A stretch of DNA of 52,152 nt from assembly GCF_004010195.1 (NCBI RefSeq), contig NC_057718.1, positions 94,248,209 to 94,300,360 on the forward strand, given 5' to 3'. Made by a program: the position numbers and the translations under genes. The notes beneath the pieces are model-generated. The model made no database searches. It saw only the letters and a list, made by a program, of their open reading frames with translations, and was not told the DNA's origin. Shown here piece by piece: positions 37,111 to 48,039 of the stretch (within the stretch, counting starts at the first letter, position 1; every line of letters starts with the position of its first letter). The stretch is from Chiloscyllium plagiosum. Taxonomy: Eukaryota.

Positions 37111-37345
37111 CTCTATCACTCTAGTTATTGTCACAGAACATTTATGCACAGAAGTGAAGTACCACTAACAAAAATAAGATAAATGCTAACTCTTTTTGGT
37201 ATTGCAGAATGGGAAAAAAATTTCTATTGCTCTGTTACTCTTATTAAAACTAGGCAATGGGTTCATCTCTCTGTACTCACCAAGGGAAATGGGCTGTCAG
37301 TCTCATTGAACACAACAGAGCTTTCTCAGTTCTGTAATGAAGTGT

Positions 37346-37450
37346 TTGTAATGGCTCCATCAGCATCACTGCACCTCTTCATTTCAGAGAGTTGTATCAA
37401 ATTCAAAATATTACCTCTGTTTCTCTCCCCACTGACACAGAATCTATTCA
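37346..37450. repeat. 105-bp exact direct repeat, copy 1 (copy 2 at 38325-38429)
   Basis: TTGTAATGGCTCCATCAGC...GAATCTATTCA is identical at both sites, 979 bp apart. Confidence 0.95.
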
Positions 37451-37664
37451 AGGCTTGCTGATTCAGAGAGGATATGAAAATTCCGACTCATATTGACACC
37501 TAGTTGCATACACTCCCTCTTTTGGGATATGTTACCTCATCCACTACCTTTAATGATTGTTAACCTTCGTAAATAATACAAATAACAGACAAACTAGTGA
37601 ATTAGCAACACTAACAATTAGTTAGACTTCTACTCGTCCTTTTAAAATTTACAGCCTTTTGCAC

Positions 37665-38120
37665 TGAAGTCCATTCAGCCCATTGAATCTGTTCCATCAG
37701 TCAGTGTCATGGCTGATCTAGTAATCCTCAACTCCACTTTCTTGCCTCCCCCCTTATTGACTAAACATCTGTCTATCTCAACCTTGAAAATAATTAATAA
37801 TACATCCTCAACAGCCTTCTGTGGTAAAGAATTCCACAGATTCTGAGAGAAGAAATCCCTCATATCTCTGTCTTAAAGGTGCGACCCCTCACTCTGAGAT
37901 TATGCCCGCTCGTCCTAGACTCTTCCACAAGGGGACACTACCTCTCTGCATCTTTCCTGGCAAGTCTACTGAGAATCTTATATGTTTCAATAAGGTCTCT
38001 CATTCTTCTAAACTCCAATGAATGCAGGCCAAATCTACTCACCCTCTCTTCATAAAACAGCTCCTCCAAATCCAGGATCAATCTAGTGAACCTTCTATGA
38101 ACTGCTTTCAATGCCAGTAT
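37665..38120 (-). mobile_element. CR1-group 3' fragment
   Basis: ORFs 37938..38186 (VHRRFTRLI...YEERVSRFGLHSLEFRRMRDLIETYKIL) and 37675..37863 (LWNSLPQKAVE). Confidence 0.88.
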
Positions 38121-38655
38121 TATATCATACTGCTCTCCACTTGGCAACTGGGAGCTGAGTGAACAGGGCAAACAGCTATCTATCACCTGAAGAGGTCAGA
38201 TCGAAGACTCATTCATAAACAGTCTGACAATCTGATGTTAATTAATTGGGATCAAGTAAGTCATATCATCAATCTAACAGAACTATTCCGCTTTGAAGAA
38301 CCTCAGCTTGCGTCCAACGTTAAATTGTAATGGCTCCATCAGCATCACTGCACCTCTTCATTTCAGAGAGTTGTATCAAATTCAAAATATTACCTCTGTT
38401 TCTCTCCCCACTGACACAGAATCTATTCAGCACTTTCAATTTTTATTTCATTGCACCTCATTGTTTCCCTATTCCTAGTATAAAGTATGTTCAGGAGTGT
38501 TTAATTATCCTTTAATTCCTCCTTCATATGAAGTTATTTCCAGATCTTATTAGCAGTTTGAGATGTGCAAATCTACAGAAACCACTTATCTCGTTGTAGT
38601 TCAGCACAGCAGTAGATTTTCATATTTTCAGACACTTAATAAACCATCTTCAGTC

Positions 38656-38736
38656 AAAGAAAAGTCTTTCATTTAGATGGCACCTTTCATGATCTCAGGA
38701 TATCCCGACATGCTTTCAAACCCATGAAATATTTTC
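38656..38736 (-). mobile_element. L2-derived 3' tail (DeuSINE/AmnSINE1-SacSINE1-like) remnant
   Basis: Minus strand GGGATATCCTGAGATCATGAAAGGTGCCATCTAAATGAAAGACTTTTCTTT resembles the TGAAAGGCGCTATATAAAT L2/DeuSINE tail. Confidence 0.45.
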
Positions 38737-39074
38737 ATTTACTCCCTGTAGATTTGGACAATGGCAGTGGGAGGACATTTTGAAATTGCCTGATAAATTA
38801 AGCGTATCAGCAAATAATGACATAATGCTAGCACTGAATAAGGAAAGGTGATGAATAAAATCAATTCTGACAGACAGAAAGGCATTTTACCCATCCTGTG
38901 TTTTATTCTGACTTCATAAATTGTCAAGATAAGATCTGTTTACCCGAACAAAGTATAGTGAGGTACTGACAATGAATTTATTTAATACTTGTTGCAATCT
39001 GTTCTGTTCATAATGTGTGTGAAACTGAACTTTCAGACTTGACATGGAGGATTGTAGTGAACTTTATACAGTAC

Positions 39075-39340
39075 ATGTCAAGAGGCTGTGTCCCTGATCT
39101 ATAGAGTCCAGAAGAAAGGGACACAATTTCAGAATGAGATGCAGATCATTTAGAACTGAGATGAAAGAAAATTCTCCATCAGAGGACAACAATTCTTTGG
39201 AATTCTCTACTCCAGAGGGCAGACGTTGAGTATATGCAAAGTTGAGATCAATAGAATTTTGGACTCAAAGAGAATCAAGAGATATGGGCTCAGGGCAGGA
39301 CAATATAGCTACGTTTGAGAAGCAGAAATGACCCTGTTCC
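39075..39340 (+). mobile_element. Degraded CR1-group 3' end
   Basis: GAGTCCAGAAGAAAGGGACACAATTTCAGAAT...TTTGGAATTCTCTACTCCAGAGGGC. Confidence 0.6.
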
Positions 39341-39539
39341 TGTGAAAACACCTTCCAAACCTATGACCAGCTCATTGAACATGGCGGCAGAGATACGGGA
39401 ATACCACCACTTCAAGTCTCTCATCATCCTGACTTGTAAACATATCACCATTCCTTAAGTTTCATTGGGGCAAAATCCTAGAATTCTTTCATTGTACTGC
39501 AGCAGTGTGGGTCTACCTATAGTACATGGACTGCATGTC

Positions 39540-40075
39540 ATACGGTCATAGAGCTGCACAACATGGAAATAGATCCTTCGGTCCAACTCATCCATGCCGA
39601 CCAGATATCCTAAATTAATCTCGTCCCATTTGCTAGCATTTGGCCTATCTCCTTATAAACCCTTCCTGTTCATATATCCATCCAGAGGCCTATTAAGTGT
39701 TGAATTTGTCCCAGCCTCCAGCACTTCCTCTGGCACCTCATTCCATACATGCACCACCCTCTGCGTGAAAACGTTGCCCCTTAGGTCCTTTTCAAATCTT
39801 TCCACTCTTGCCTTAAACCTATACTCTCTAGTTCTGGACTCCCCCAGCCCAGGGAAAATACTTTGGCTATTAACCCTATCCATTCCCATCATGATTTTAT
39901 AAACCTCCATAAGGTCACCCCTCAGCCTCTGACGCTGGAGGGAAAACAGCCTCAGACTATTCAGCCTCTCCCTATAGATCAAACCCTCCAATGCTGGCAA
40001 CATCCTTGTAAATCCTTTCTGAACCCTTTCAAGTTTCCCAACATCCTTCCTATAGTAGGGAGACCTATATCCTTC
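39540..40075 (-). mobile_element. CR1 LINE 3' fragment inserted into a + strand second-family LINE tail (~39345-39535 and ~40085-40170)
   Basis: ORF 39653..40003: LEGLIYRERLNSLRLFSLQRQRLRGDLMEVYKIM. The flanks join into the tail seen reversed at 48040-48250. Confidence 0.88.
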
Positions 40076-40227
40076 CTATAGTAGGCAGTTCACCACGATC
40101 TTCTCAAGGCCATCTAGGCACAGGCAATAAATGTTGGCCCAACCAGCAATGTCCACATTTCATAAATGAATCCAAAAGTAAACGGACAGAACGTGATCTT
40201 TTTTTGAAAGCTCTTATTGACCCAAAG

Positions 40228-40890
40228 CACAGGTTGGGGGCATATGTTAAGAAAGCATATGGTGTTTTGGCTTTCATTAACAGGGGTATTGAGTTTAAGA
40301 GCCGCGAGGTTTTGCTGCAGCTCTACAAGTCCCTGGTGAGACCACACTTGGAATATTGTGCCCAGTTCTGGTCGCCCTACTATAGGAAAGATACAGAGGC
40401 TGTGGAGAGGGTGCAAAGAAGGTTTACCAGGATGCTGCCTGGACTGGAGGGCTTGCCTTATGAAGAACGTTTGAATGAGATCGCACTTTTCTCTCTGCAG
40501 AGAAGGAGGAAGAGAGGAGACCTGATCGAGGTATACAAAATAATGAGAGGAATAGATAGAGTCAATAGCCAGAGACTTTTCCCCAGGACAGGATTGACTG
40601 GTATGAGAAGTCATAGTTTGAAGATATTAGGAGGAAGGTATAGAGGAGATGTCAGAAGTAGGTTCTTTACGCAGAGAGTTGTGAATGCATGGAATGCGTT
40701 GCCAGCTGTGGTGGTGGAAGCGAAGTCATTGGGGACATTTAAGCGATTGCTGGACATGCACATGGATAGCAGTGAGTTGAGGGGTGTGTAGGTTAAGTTA
40801 CTATAGTTTACATTAGGATTAAGTCTTGGCACAACATCGTGGGCCTAAGGGCCTGTCCTGTGCTGTACTTTGCTATGTTCTATGTTCTAA
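40228..40890 (+). mobile_element. Relatively young 5'-truncated CR1 with an open ORF2 C-terminus
   Basis: ORF 40204..40791 is uninterrupted (KKAYGVLAFINRGIE...LVRPHLEYCAQFWSPYYRKD...NAWNALP); (TATGTTC)n tail. Confidence 0.95.
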
Positions 40891-43537
40891 TCCAACCTAT
40901 GTCATTAAAAATAACAATCTTCTGATTGATTCTCCCATCCTATATAATCTCCAGCGTTTGAGTATTTCCTCAATACTCCCTAGCCTGCAAAGGAGAGCTC
41001 AAAAACATTTATTAACTCCCATATATTAAACAAATGTATTTATTCCTTAATAAATCTTGTCCCAGTTGCTTAGTGATGTGAAACATCAGAAAACCTGAGC
41101 ACTGTCTCAGGGCATTAATCGCGGGCAGAGATAAGTACTTTACGGCATATATTTGCATGTAACAATTAATAACCAGTGGAGATGTATTTGGAAGTTCTAA
41201 AAGGTTTGTATGAAATTGTGTGCATGACATATTTATTTTCCTTCTGCCGTAGTGCCACCCTGAGATTTCCATTATGTTATCAGACAACGTTTAGTACTTT
41301 TACAGCTTGACAACTCATTCACTCCTCACCCGAGACAATGGTAGGTTAGTCCAAATGCATTTATTTCTTTCACTATGCAACAACAGAAGAAGAGGAAACT
41401 CTCTCTAATGACAGCTCCAAGAGATTTTAAGAGACACAAAGACATTGACTGCTCCATTAGTCACTAAGACTCTGCTACTTAGGACTTAACATATTGGGAA
41501 ATAATTTCCATTTAGTAAGGTTTGGGCAGAGTTGGAATATTCTTTCCTGGAAATAATTTCTTGCAATTATCCATTTACCAGAATTTGAGCAATATACCTT
41601 CATAAATATGTAGCCATTTCCTTTTATTAAAATCACATATAACTTCCTCCCATTTGTTTTTCTTTAATGAACTAGCTTTCAATGCCTACAATTTTACTAT
41701 TGTAACAGCAAAGTCCAGTCACAAGACAATGAAAGCCAAATGTTGCAAAAGCTCATAAAAGGAACATAGGAAATTAGGGCCCGGTATATTCCAGGGTCTG
41801 GAGCTCTATGAGGTGCTTGGGTCGAGGGCAGGGCCTCTATGCTGGGAGTGGGGCCTCGTGCGAGGAGTGGGGCCTCTGTTCTAGGTGTGGGGCCTCTGTG
41901 CTAGGAGTGGGGCCCTGTGCTGGGAGTGGGGCCTCTGTGTGAGGAGTGGGGCCTCTGTTCTAGGAGTGGGGCCTCTGTGCTAGGAGTGGGGCCTCTGTGC
42001 TAGGAGTGGTGCCCTGTGCTGGGAGTGGGGCCTCTGTGCGAGGAGTGGGGCCTCTGTGCAAGGAGTAGGACTTCTGTGCTAGGAGTAGGGCCTCTGTGCA
42101 AGGAATGGGTCCCTGTGCAAGGAGTGGGGCCTCTGTGCGAGGAGTGGGGCCTCTGTTCTAGGAGTGGGGCCCTGTGCTGGGAGTGGGGCCTCGGTACTCG
42201 GAATAGGGCCTCTGTGCTAGAAGTGGGGCCCCTGTGCTGGGAGTGGGGTCTCTGTGCTGGGAGTGGGGACGCTGTGCAAGGAGTGAGACCTGTGTGCGAG
42301 GAGGGGGGACTCTGTGCGAGGAGTGGGACACCTGTGCTGTAAGTGGTGCCTCTGTGCTAGGAGTGGGGTCTCTGTGCTGGGAGTGGGGACTCTGTGCTGG
42401 GAGTGGGGCCTTTGTGTGGGAGTGGGGTCCCTGTGCTGGGAGTGGGGCCTCTGTGCTGGGAGTTGGGCCTCAGTGCTGAGAGTGGGTCCCTGTGCAAGGA
42501 GTGGGGCCTCTGTTCTAGGAGTGGGGCCCTGTGCTGGGAGTGGGGCCTCTATGCTCGGAATAGGGCCTCTGTGCTAGATGTGGGGACCCTGTGCTTGGAT
42601 TGGGGTCTGTGTGCTGAGAGTGGGGCCTCTGTGCGAGGAGTGGGGCCTCTGCGCTGGGAGTGGGGCCTCAGTGCTGGAAGTGGGGGTCCCTGTGCTGGGA
42701 GTGGGGCCTCTGTTCTAGGAGTGGGGGCCTGTGCTGGGAGTGGGGCCCTGTGTGGGGAGTGGGGCCTCTGTGTGAGGAGTAGGGCCTCTGTGCGAGGAGT
42801 GAGGCCTGTGTGTGAGGAGTGGGGACTCTGTGCAAGGAGTTGGGCATCTGTGCTAGGTGTGGGGCCTCAGTGCTGGGAGTGGGGGTCCCTGTACTGGGAG
42901 TGGGGCCTCTGTTCTAGGAGTGGGTCCTCATGCTGGGAGTGGGGCCTCTGTGCAAGGAGTGGGTCCCTGTGCGAGGAGTGGGGCCTGTGCTGGGGATGGG
43001 GCCTCTGTGCTTGGAATAGGGCCTCTGTGCTAGATGTGGGGCCCCTGTGCTGGGGGTGGGGTCTGTGTGCTGGGAGTGGGGACTCTCTGCGAGGAGTGGG
43101 GCCTCTGTGCTGGGAGTGGAGCCTCTGTGCGAGGAGTGAGGCCTGTGTGCGAGGAGTGGGGACTCTAGGTGAGGAGTGGGGCCCCTGTACTGGGAGTGAT
43201 GCCTCTGTGCCTGGAGTGGGGTCTCTGTGCTGTGAGTGGGGACTGCGTGCGAGGAGTGGGACCTCTGTGCTGGGAGTGGTGCCTCTGTGCAAGAAGTGGG
43301 GTCTCTGTGCTGGGAGTAGGGCCTCTGTGCTGGGAGTGGGGCCTCTGTGATGGGAGTGGGGTCCCTGTGCTGGGAATGGGGCCTGTGTGCTGGGAATGTG
43401 GACCCTGGGTGAGGAGTGGGGACTCTGTGCTGGGAGTGGGGCCTGTGTGCGAGGAGTGGGGACCCTATACTGGGCCTCTGTGTGAGGAATGTTGCCTCTG
43501 TGCTGGGAGGGGTGCATCGGTGCGAGGAGTGATTTGT

Positions 43538-43847
43538 GGGCAGCACGGTGGCACAGTGGTTAGCACTGCTGCCTCACAGCGCCAGAGACCCGGGTTCAAT
43601 TCCCGCTTCAGGCGACTGACTGTGTGGAGTTTGCACATTCTCCCCGTGTCTGTGTGGGTTTCCTCCAGGTGCTCTGGCTTCCTCCCACAGTCCAAAGATA
43701 TGCAGGTCAGGTGAATTGGCCATGCTAAATTGCCCATAGTGTTAGGTAAGGGGTAGATGTATGGATGGGTTGCCCTTCGGCGGGGCGGTGTGGACTTGTT
43801 GGGCCGAAGGGCCTGTTCCAACACTGTAAGTAATCTAATCTAATCTA
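43538..43847 (+). mobile_element. HE1-type V-SINE in minisatellite, copy 1
   Basis: Full-length head, core and tail, ending (TAATC)n. Confidence 0.95.
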
Positions 43848-44728
43848 GAGTGGGGAACCTGGGCTGTGCTTCTGGTTGAGGAGTGGTGCCTCTGTGCGAG
43901 GAGTGGGGACTCTGTGCGAGGAGTGGGGCCCCCGTGCTGGGCTTCTGTGTGAGGAGTGGGGCCTCTGTGCGAGGAGTGGGGACTCTGTGCTAGGAGGGGG
44001 GCCCCTGTGCTGGGCCTCAGTGCTGGGAATGGGGCCTCAGTGCTGGAGGTGGGGGTCCCTGTGCTGGGAGTGGGGCCTCTGTTCCAGGAGTGGGGGCCTG
44101 TGCTGGGAGTGGGGCCTCTGTGCAAGGAGTGAAGCCTGTGTGTGAGGAGTGGGGACTCTGTGCGAGGAATGGGGCCTCTGTGCTGGGAGTGGGGACTCTG
44201 TGCTGGGAGAGGTGCCTCTGTGGTGGGAGTGGGGCCTCAGTACTGGGAATGGGGCCTCTGTGCTAGGAGTGGGGCCTCAGTGCTGGGAGTGGGGTTTCTG
44301 TTGTAGGAGTCGGGCCTCATGCTGGGAGTGGGGCCCTGTGCTGGGAGTGATGCCTCTGTGCCTGGAGTGGGGTCTCTGTGCTGTGAGTGGGGACTGCGTG
44401 CGAGGAGTGGGACCTCTGTGCTGGGAGTGGTGCCTCTGTGCTAGGAGTGGGGTCTCTGTGCTGGGAGTGGGGCCTCTGGGCTGGGAGTGGTGCCTCTGTG
44501 CTGGGAGTGGTGCCTCTTTGATGGGAGTGGGGCCTGTGTGCTGGGAGTGGGGTCCCTGTGCTGGGAGTGGGGCCTGTGTGCTGGGAATGGGGACCCTGGG
44601 TGAGGAGTGGGGACTCTGTGCTGTGAGTGGGGCCTGTGTGCGAGGAGTGGGGACCCTGTACTGGGCCTCTGTGTGAGGAATGGTGCCTCTGTGCTGGGAG
44701 GGGTGCATCGGTGCGAGGAGTGATTTGT

Positions 44729-45036
44729 GGGCAGCACGGTGGCACAGTGTTAGCACTGCTGCCTCACAGCGCCAGAGACCCGGGTTCAATACCCGCTTCA
44801 GGCGACTGACTGTGTGGAGTTTGCACATTCTCCCCGTGTCTGTGTGGGTTTCCTCCAGGTGCTCCGGTTTCCTCCCCCAGTCCAAAGATGTGCAGGTCAG
44901 GTGAATTGGCCATGCTAAATTGCCCATAGTGTTAGGTAAGGGGTAGATGTATGGATGGGTTGCCCTTCGGCGGGGCGGTGTGGACTTGTTGGGCCGAAGG
45001 CCTGTTCCAACACTGTAAGTAATCTAATCTAATCTA
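44729..45036 (+). mobile_element. HE1-type V-SINE in minisatellite, copy 2
   Basis: Near-identical to copy 1, with the same flanks. Confidence 0.95.
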
Positions 45037-45598
45037 GAGTGGGGCCCCCGTGCTGGGCTTCTGGGTGAGGAGTGGTGCCTCTGTGCGAGGAGTGGTGCCT
45101 CTGTGCGAGGAGTGGGGCCTCAGTGCTGGGAGTGGGGTTTCTGTTGTAGGAGTGGGGCCTCATGCAGGGAGTGGGGCCCTGTGCTGGGAGTGATGCCTCT
45201 GTGCCTGGAGTGGGGTCTCTGTGCTGTGAGTGGGGACTGTGTGCGAGGAGTGGACCTCTGTGCTGGGAGTGGTGCCTCTGTGCTAGGAGTGGGGTCTCTG
45301 TGCTGGGAGTGGGGCCTGTGTGCTGGGAGTGGTGCCTCTGTGATTCTGTGCTGGGAGTGGGGCCTGTGTGCTGGGAGTGGTGCCTCTGTGATGGGAGTGG
45401 GGCCTGTGTGCTGGGAGTGGGGTCCCTGTGCTGGGAATGGGGCCTGTGTGCTGGGAATGGGGACCCTGGGTGAGGAGTGGGGACTCTGTGCTGGGAGTGG
45501 GGCCTGTGTGCGAGGAGTGGGGACCCTGTACTGGGCCTCTGTGTGAGGAATGGTGCCTCTGTGCTGGGAGGGGTGCATCGGTGCGAGGAGTGATTTGT

Positions 45599-45907
45599 GG
45601 GCAGCATGGTGGCACAGTGTTAGCACTGCTGCCTCACAGCGCCAGAGACCCGGGTTCAATTCCCGCTTCAGGCGACTGACTGTGTGGAGTTTGCACATTC
45701 TCCCCGTGTCTGTGTAGGTTTCCTCCAGGTGCTCCGGTTTCCTCCCCCAGTCCAAAGATGTGCAGGTCAGGTGAATTGGCCATGCTAAATTGCCCATAGT
45801 GTTAGGTAAGGGGTAGATGTATGGATGGGTTGCCCTTCGGCGGGGCGGTGTGGACTTGTTGGGCCGAAGGGCCTGTTCCAACACTGTAAGTAATCTAATC
45901 TAATCTA
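45599..45907 (+). mobile_element. HE1-type V-SINE in minisatellite, copy 3
   Basis: Near-identical to copy 2, with the same flanks. Confidence 0.95.
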
Positions 45908-46627
45908 GAGTGGGGCCCCCGTGCTGTGCTTCTGGGTGAGGCGTGGTGCCTCTGTGCGAGGAGTGGTGCCTCTGTGCGAGGAGTGGGGCCCCCGTGCTGG
46001 GCTTCTGTGTGAGGAGTGGTGCCTCTGTGCAAGGAGTGGGGACTCTGTGCTAGGAGTGGAGCCCCTGTGCTGGGCCTCTGTGCTGGGAGTGGGGCCTCAG
46101 TGCTGGGAATGGGGCCTCAGTGCTGGAGGTGGGGGTCCCTGTGCTGGGAGTGGGGCCTCCTTTCCAGGAGTGGGGGCCTGTGCTGGGAGTGGGGCCTCTG
46201 TGCGAGGAGTGAGGCCTGTGTGTGAGGAGTGGGGACTCTGTGTGAGGAGTGGGGTCTCTGTGCGAGGAGTGGGGCCTCTGTGCTGGGAGTGGGGCCTCTG
46301 TGCTGGGAGCGGTGCCTCTGTGCTAGGAGTGGGGCCTCAGTGCTGGGATTGGGGTCTCTGTGCGAGGAGTGGGGTCCCTGTATGAGGAGTGAGGCTTCCA
46401 TGCTAGGATTGCATGGAAAGCCAGAGGCTCACGCCAGGAACACCGCTGGGACCCCAGTGTCTGTGTCAGGTCCTCCTTAGGTGCAGGAGTAGGTCCATCG
46501 AGCTATTCCGCTGTTTGATCAGCTAACCTGTTCATGGTCTCAGCTCCAGTTTCCCATCAGATCCCTCACAATAAACTTTGACTCCCTTTATGATCTAACT
46601 CAGCCTTGAAGAGACTGACTTTTTGTT

Positions 46628-46750
46628 TAAAAACCGAAAGAACTGTGCATGCTGGAAATCAGAAACAAAAACAACATTTGCTGGAAGAGTTCAGCAGGTC
46701 TGGCAGTGTCTGTGGAGAGGAACCAGAGTTGATCCTTTCTCAGAACTGAG
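46628..46750. mobile_element. Penelope-like terminal fragment, second type (related pieces at ~15390-15450, 22675-22702, 26715-26790, 29058-29187)
   Basis: AAAAACCGAAAGAACTGTGCATGCTGGAAATCAG...TTGCTGGAAGAGTTCAGCAGGTCTGGCAG parallels the layout of 11279-11405. Confidence 0.45.
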
Positions 46751-46948
46751 TTTTTGTTTACATTGTTGTCCGCTTTATCAATAATATTTCTGAAAGAGAC
46801 ATCATTTCCAATATACCAGGGAGTGATTTTCCTCTGTGTTTTACAGGGACTAACTTACTAAAATTGCATTTTCTTTTAAACAAAATTAATTCTTGCAATC
46901 ACAGGCAAGACCAGGATTTAATGCTCATCCTTAGTTGGCCTTGAGACT

Positions 46949-47321
46949 GTGATGGTAATACTACATCCCACATAGTGATAGTAACGTTACAGTCCACATA
47001 GTGATGCTAATGTTATCGGCCACATAGTGATGGTAATGTTACAGTGCACATAGTGATGGTAACACTACAGTCCACAGAGTGATGGTAACACTACAGTCCA
47101 CATAGTGATGGTAATGCTGCAGTCCACATAGTTATGGTAACACTAGAGTCCACATAGTTATGGTAACACTACAGTCTACATAGTCATGCTAATGTCACAA
47201 TCCACAGAGTGATGCTAATGTTATAATCCACATAATGATGCTAATGCTACAGTCTATATAGTGATGATAACACTACAGTTCACATAATGAAGGTAATGCT
47301 ACAGCCCACACAGTGATGGTA
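46949..47321 (+). repeat. 26-bp minisatellite (~14 copies), GTGATGGTAACACTACAGTCCACATA
   Basis: GTGATG(G/C)TAA recurs at ~26-bp spacing from 46949 to 47313. Confidence 0.95.
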
Positions 47322-48039
47322 CTTCTGAGGTGTTGTTAGACAGAACCTACTTGGAATTTTATGTATTGGTTCATGCCAGGGCAGTACCTGATTGGGAGAC
47401 AATGGTGCTCCCCATGCGCCCACTGCCCTTGTCCTTCTCTTTAGCACACATCACTGGGTTTGGAAGATGCTAGCAAGAAAGTGAAAAATGATGAAGAAGG
47501 TGTTTATAAAGAACCTGTCGATAATTTTGTTACATGTTATTCCATAAATAAATGCTTGGCTCATGATTGCAACATTTCCAGTGACCCTTATGTGGAGACA
47601 TTTGGAAAGTGTACTTACAAAACTTGCCTGTGTTTCATATTTTTTAGAAAAACTGTGGGCATAATTATTTAGAATCTTAAACCCCAAGGCAAGGAACCTG
47701 TGCACAAAGGACATTGTGGTGAAGCATCAGTGAGATGGAGGATGTGCAATGCAAGAACACCAATTGTACAATCATAGGATGGCCACAGCACAGATGGAGG
47801 TCCTCAGGGTGGCACTCAGCTGACAGGTTTTCAAAAAAAATTCTTTCACGAGATGTGGGCGTTTCTGGCTGGACCAGCATTTATTACCAATCTATAATTG
47901 CCCTCTTGAACTGCTACAGCCCATCTGGTGCAGTTACACCGACAGTGATGTTAGGAAAGTAGTTCCAGAAATCTGACCCACAGTAAACAGTACTGGAGTT
48001 CAACAATATTTCATGTTTAGCAAACAGGTTTTTTTTTTA

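Larger units (their letters stand above)
41831..46400 (+). repeat. G-rich minisatellite, ~20-bp unit GGGAGTGGGGCCTCTGTGCT, with higher-order structure
   Basis: Variant 19-21-bp units run continuously over ~4.6 kb, interrupted by three SINEs. Confidence 0.98.

Noticed and set aside
40204..40791. Domesticated or active LINE gene
   Set aside because: Only the ORF2 C-terminus of a 5'-truncated copy is present. The open frame reflects young age.
42016..46480. Many long ORFs (up to 318 aa) rich in C/W/E/G or P/H/S/T
   Set aside because: They are translations of the stop-poor 20-bp minisatellite, open in several frames on both strands, with no domain content.
41831..47321. CRISPR-like appearance of the tandem arrays
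   Set aside because: The units are contiguous with no unique spacers, there are no cas genes, and the context is vertebrate.
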